A stretch of DNA of 64,000 nt from an uncultured Spartobacteria bacterium (GTDB lineage Bacteria > Verrucomicrobiota > Verrucomicrobiia > Chthoniobacterales > JAATET01), in NCBI GenBank assembly GCA_937901895.1, contig CALGTD010000138.1, positions 47,679 to 111,678 on the forward strand. Direction: 5' to 3'. Below, in pieces: positions 62,066 to 64,000 of this stretch (within the stretch, counting starts at the first letter, position 1; every line of letters begins with the position of its first letter). Under the pieces are notes generated by a model, which saw only the letters and a program-made list of their open reading frames with translations, searched no databases and was not told the origin of the DNA. Made by a program: the position numbers and the translations under genes.

Positions 62066-64000
62066 CTATTGGCCCTGCGGAGGACCGTAGACGGCGATCT
62101 CCGAAAGACCGGCGTTTTCCGTGCCGGGCTTCACGGCCCTCACCTCGAAGACGAGGGAGGTGACCGTCTTTGGCGGAAACGCGATGGAAAAAGGTTCGCT
62201 GCCACTGTCAGGCAACGGACCCACCTCGACGACGCTCCCGTCGCTGAAGCGGATCGTCGCGGCGGTGACCTGGTCGACGAGGTTCGGTCGATCGAACAAC
62301 GCGATCCGGTTCACGGTCTGCGGCTCATCCCAGCTCAGCTCCAGCTGCGCTCCCTCGGTCTCCTTGTCCGCCGCCCATTCCTGCGAGCGATCCCCGGGAT
62401 ATCCGCCGATATGCCCGTCTGTGGCACCCTCGGGGGAGTATCCGTTCTCCGTCGAACTGGCGGAAACCCTCGCAGTGGACGCGAGATTCCCGGCCATTCT
62501 CACGCCGCCCGAATCGACGGCGTAGTCCCTGCCGGCCACGCGAAACTCCACACGGCCGTAGCGGCCGGCATCCATGAGCAGGGGTTTCCTGCCAAGCTCG
62601 ACGACGTCCGTCTTCTCGATCCAGGAACCGGAGTCATTCTCCTCGATGACCCGCTTCACGGATCCTCCGTCGATGAGCCCGGGTGCCGCGATGAAAGCGA
62701 GCTGGTTTTTCTCTCCGTAAAAGGTCGGTGACTCGTGATACGGCATCAGCCCGACGCCTGCGAGCGCGAGCAGGGCGGCCTTTGACTCCGTAGTGAGATC
62801 CTTCGAAGCGAGAAGCGTTTCGAGGGACTTCGAGCCCGCGTCGTTACCGAGGATGCCTTTCGCCCGACGAGTCTGTGCGGCGTTGGAAAATTTCGCTGCG
62901 TCGGCCTCCGGGGCGATGGCTTCCACAACGACGGGAGTGCGGATGTTCGTCGCCGGCACGAGGATTCGATTCATGCCGAGGTTCGCGTTGTAAACGGCCT
63001 TTGCGGGCTGGCCATTGACCGTCACCTCGGTGGCTGCGACCGTGTTTGGGAGCTCGATCTCGTAGCTGCGCTGCGCAGGCTGACCCGTGTAGTTGCCCTT
63101 TGTGGGATCGATCCGAACCGAGACGCGATCGCCATCCCGTCGGTAGCTCAGTCGTGTTGTCGCGGATTTTCCCTCCAGATACTCGCGGGATTGACCGTCA
63201 TCCTCATACAGCGTCGAGGAGCCCTCCACCCCGTCTGCGCCCGGGTAGCAGCGCACGCGCAGCGTCTTCAAGACCGTCGTTGCCGGCCGCTCGCTGTAGG
63301 GCTGGAGAGGAATCGGGACGCCGCCCCGAGCGTAGAGCGGGAATTCGTCGATGTCCGCGGAGACGATTCGCGTCTGGTCTCCGTCGAATTTTTCGCCGGT
63401 GAAGAAGTTATACCACGTCGCGCCGGGCGGGAACCAGACGGTCTGGCGTCCGATCCTCCCCGGTCCCACCCCGGGCATCGTGATCGGCGCCACGAGAAGG
63501 TTGTCGCCAAAGAGGAACTCCTGGCCGTTGACGTAGGCGGGCTCGAGTTCCGGATATTCCAGGTAAAGCGGACGATTCAGGGACACGCCGGTCGAATACG
63601 TCTGCCACGCGCTGCTGTAGACATACGGGAGAATCTGCGCTCGCAGATGGAATGCATGGCGCATCGCGTCCGTTGCCCATTTCGGATGAAGCCATGGCCG
63701 GCGGTCGAGGTGCTCGTCCCTGGTGGAATGCGATCGCAGGGCGGTCGACAGGGCGCCAAACTGTGTCCAGCGCACGTAGGATTCGTCGTTGCGGGGTCCC
63801 TGGTGCCCGCCAATGTCGTGCGACCAGTAGTAGCAGCCGACGTTGCCTGCCGTGGAGGTGAAGGGCACTTCAAACGCCAGCATCGGCCAGCCGGTGTCCG
63901 CATCGCCGGAAAACTGGATCACGTGCCGGTGGTCGCCCCAGCCCGCCCAGCGGCTGAAGGAAAGACCACGTGCTCCGTTCGCCATCGAGTTGTCGAAAAG
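62066..64000 (-). CDS. glycoside hydrolase family 31 (alpha-glucosidase/xylosidase-like), N-terminus lies beyond the window
   Basis: GH31 catalytic region (WSHDIGGH, FGALSTALRSH), a C-terminal beta-sandwich, and a discoidin/F5-8-like domain. The ORF stays open to the window edge. Confidence 0.8.
   Translation of the reverse strand, partial: LFDNSMANGARGLSFSRWAGWGDHRHVIQFSGDADTGWPMLAFEVPFTSTAGNVGCYYWSHDIGGHQGPRNDESYVRWTQFGALSTALRSHSTRDEHLDRRPWLHPKWATDAMRHAFHLRAQILPYVYSSAWQTYSTGVSLNRPLYLEYPELEPAYVNGQEFLFGDNLLVAPITMPGVGPGRIGRQTVWFPPGATWYNFFTGEKFDGDQTRIVSADIDEFPLYARGGVPIPLQPYSERPATTVLKTLRVRCYPGADGVEGSSTLYEDDGQSREYLEGKSATTRLSYRRDGDRVSVRIDPTKGNYTGQPAQRSYEIELPNTVAATEVTVNGQPAKAVYNANLGMNRILVPATNIRTPVVVEAIAPEADAAKFSNAAQTRRAKGILGNDAGSKSLETLLASKDLTTESKAALLALAGVGLMPYHESPTFYGEKNQLAFIAAPGLIDGGSVKRVIEENDSGSWIEKTDVVELGRKPLLMDAGRYGRVEFRVAGRDYAVDSGGVRMAGNLASTARVSASSTENGYSPEGATDGHIGGYPGDRSQEWAADKETEGAQLELSWDEPQTVNRIALFDRPNLVDQVTAATIRFSDGSVVEVGPLPDSGSEPFSIAFPPKTVTSLVFEVRAVKPGTENAGLSEIAVYGPPQGQ

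Overview
High-GC (~65%) bacterial chromosomal segment. The gene content points to the Planctomycetes-Verrucomicrobia-Chlamydiae group, probably Verrucomicrobia: PEP-CTERM proteins, an H-X9-DG prepilin-type protein, and a paired ECF sigma factor and Ser/Thr kinase. The window opens inside the ATP synthase beta gene (atpD, followed by atpC) and ends inside a GH31 glycosidase. In between lie mostly housekeeping, transport and envelope genes: an AaeXAB-like efflux set, DUF485 with ActP, a TetR-regulated RND efflux pump next to fabH, metH, a CPA2 antiporter, cysI with a NuoG-like iron-sulfur protein, and GH92/GH31/CBM20 carbohydrate enzymes. I found no rRNA, tRNA, CRISPR array, transposase or integrase. 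The most unusual locus is a tightly linked trio: a YqiJ/NfeD-like membrane protein, a YqiK flotillin, and a 1677-aa protein whose only recognisable module is a C-terminal MoxR/AAA_5-type ATPase. A Cys/His-rich helix-turn-helix regulator is transcribed divergently from it. A second candidate is a translationally coupled operon of a small membrane protein, a Cys-rich radical SAM enzyme and an Lgt-like transferase. Other points of note: an ELWxxDG-repeat gene broken by two homopolymer frameshifts; tandemly duplicated alpha/beta hydrolases that share their leader sequence; three tandem 21-bp repeats upstream of a PEP-CTERM gene; TetR operator-like palindromes; and an AT-rich palindrome ahead of metH. 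Many of the supplied six-frame ORFs are antisense or overlapping artefacts of the high GC content and are not reported. Coordinates derived from line counting may be off by 1 nt in places (one such offset was detected near 52.4 kb); coordinates derived from the ORF track were preferred.
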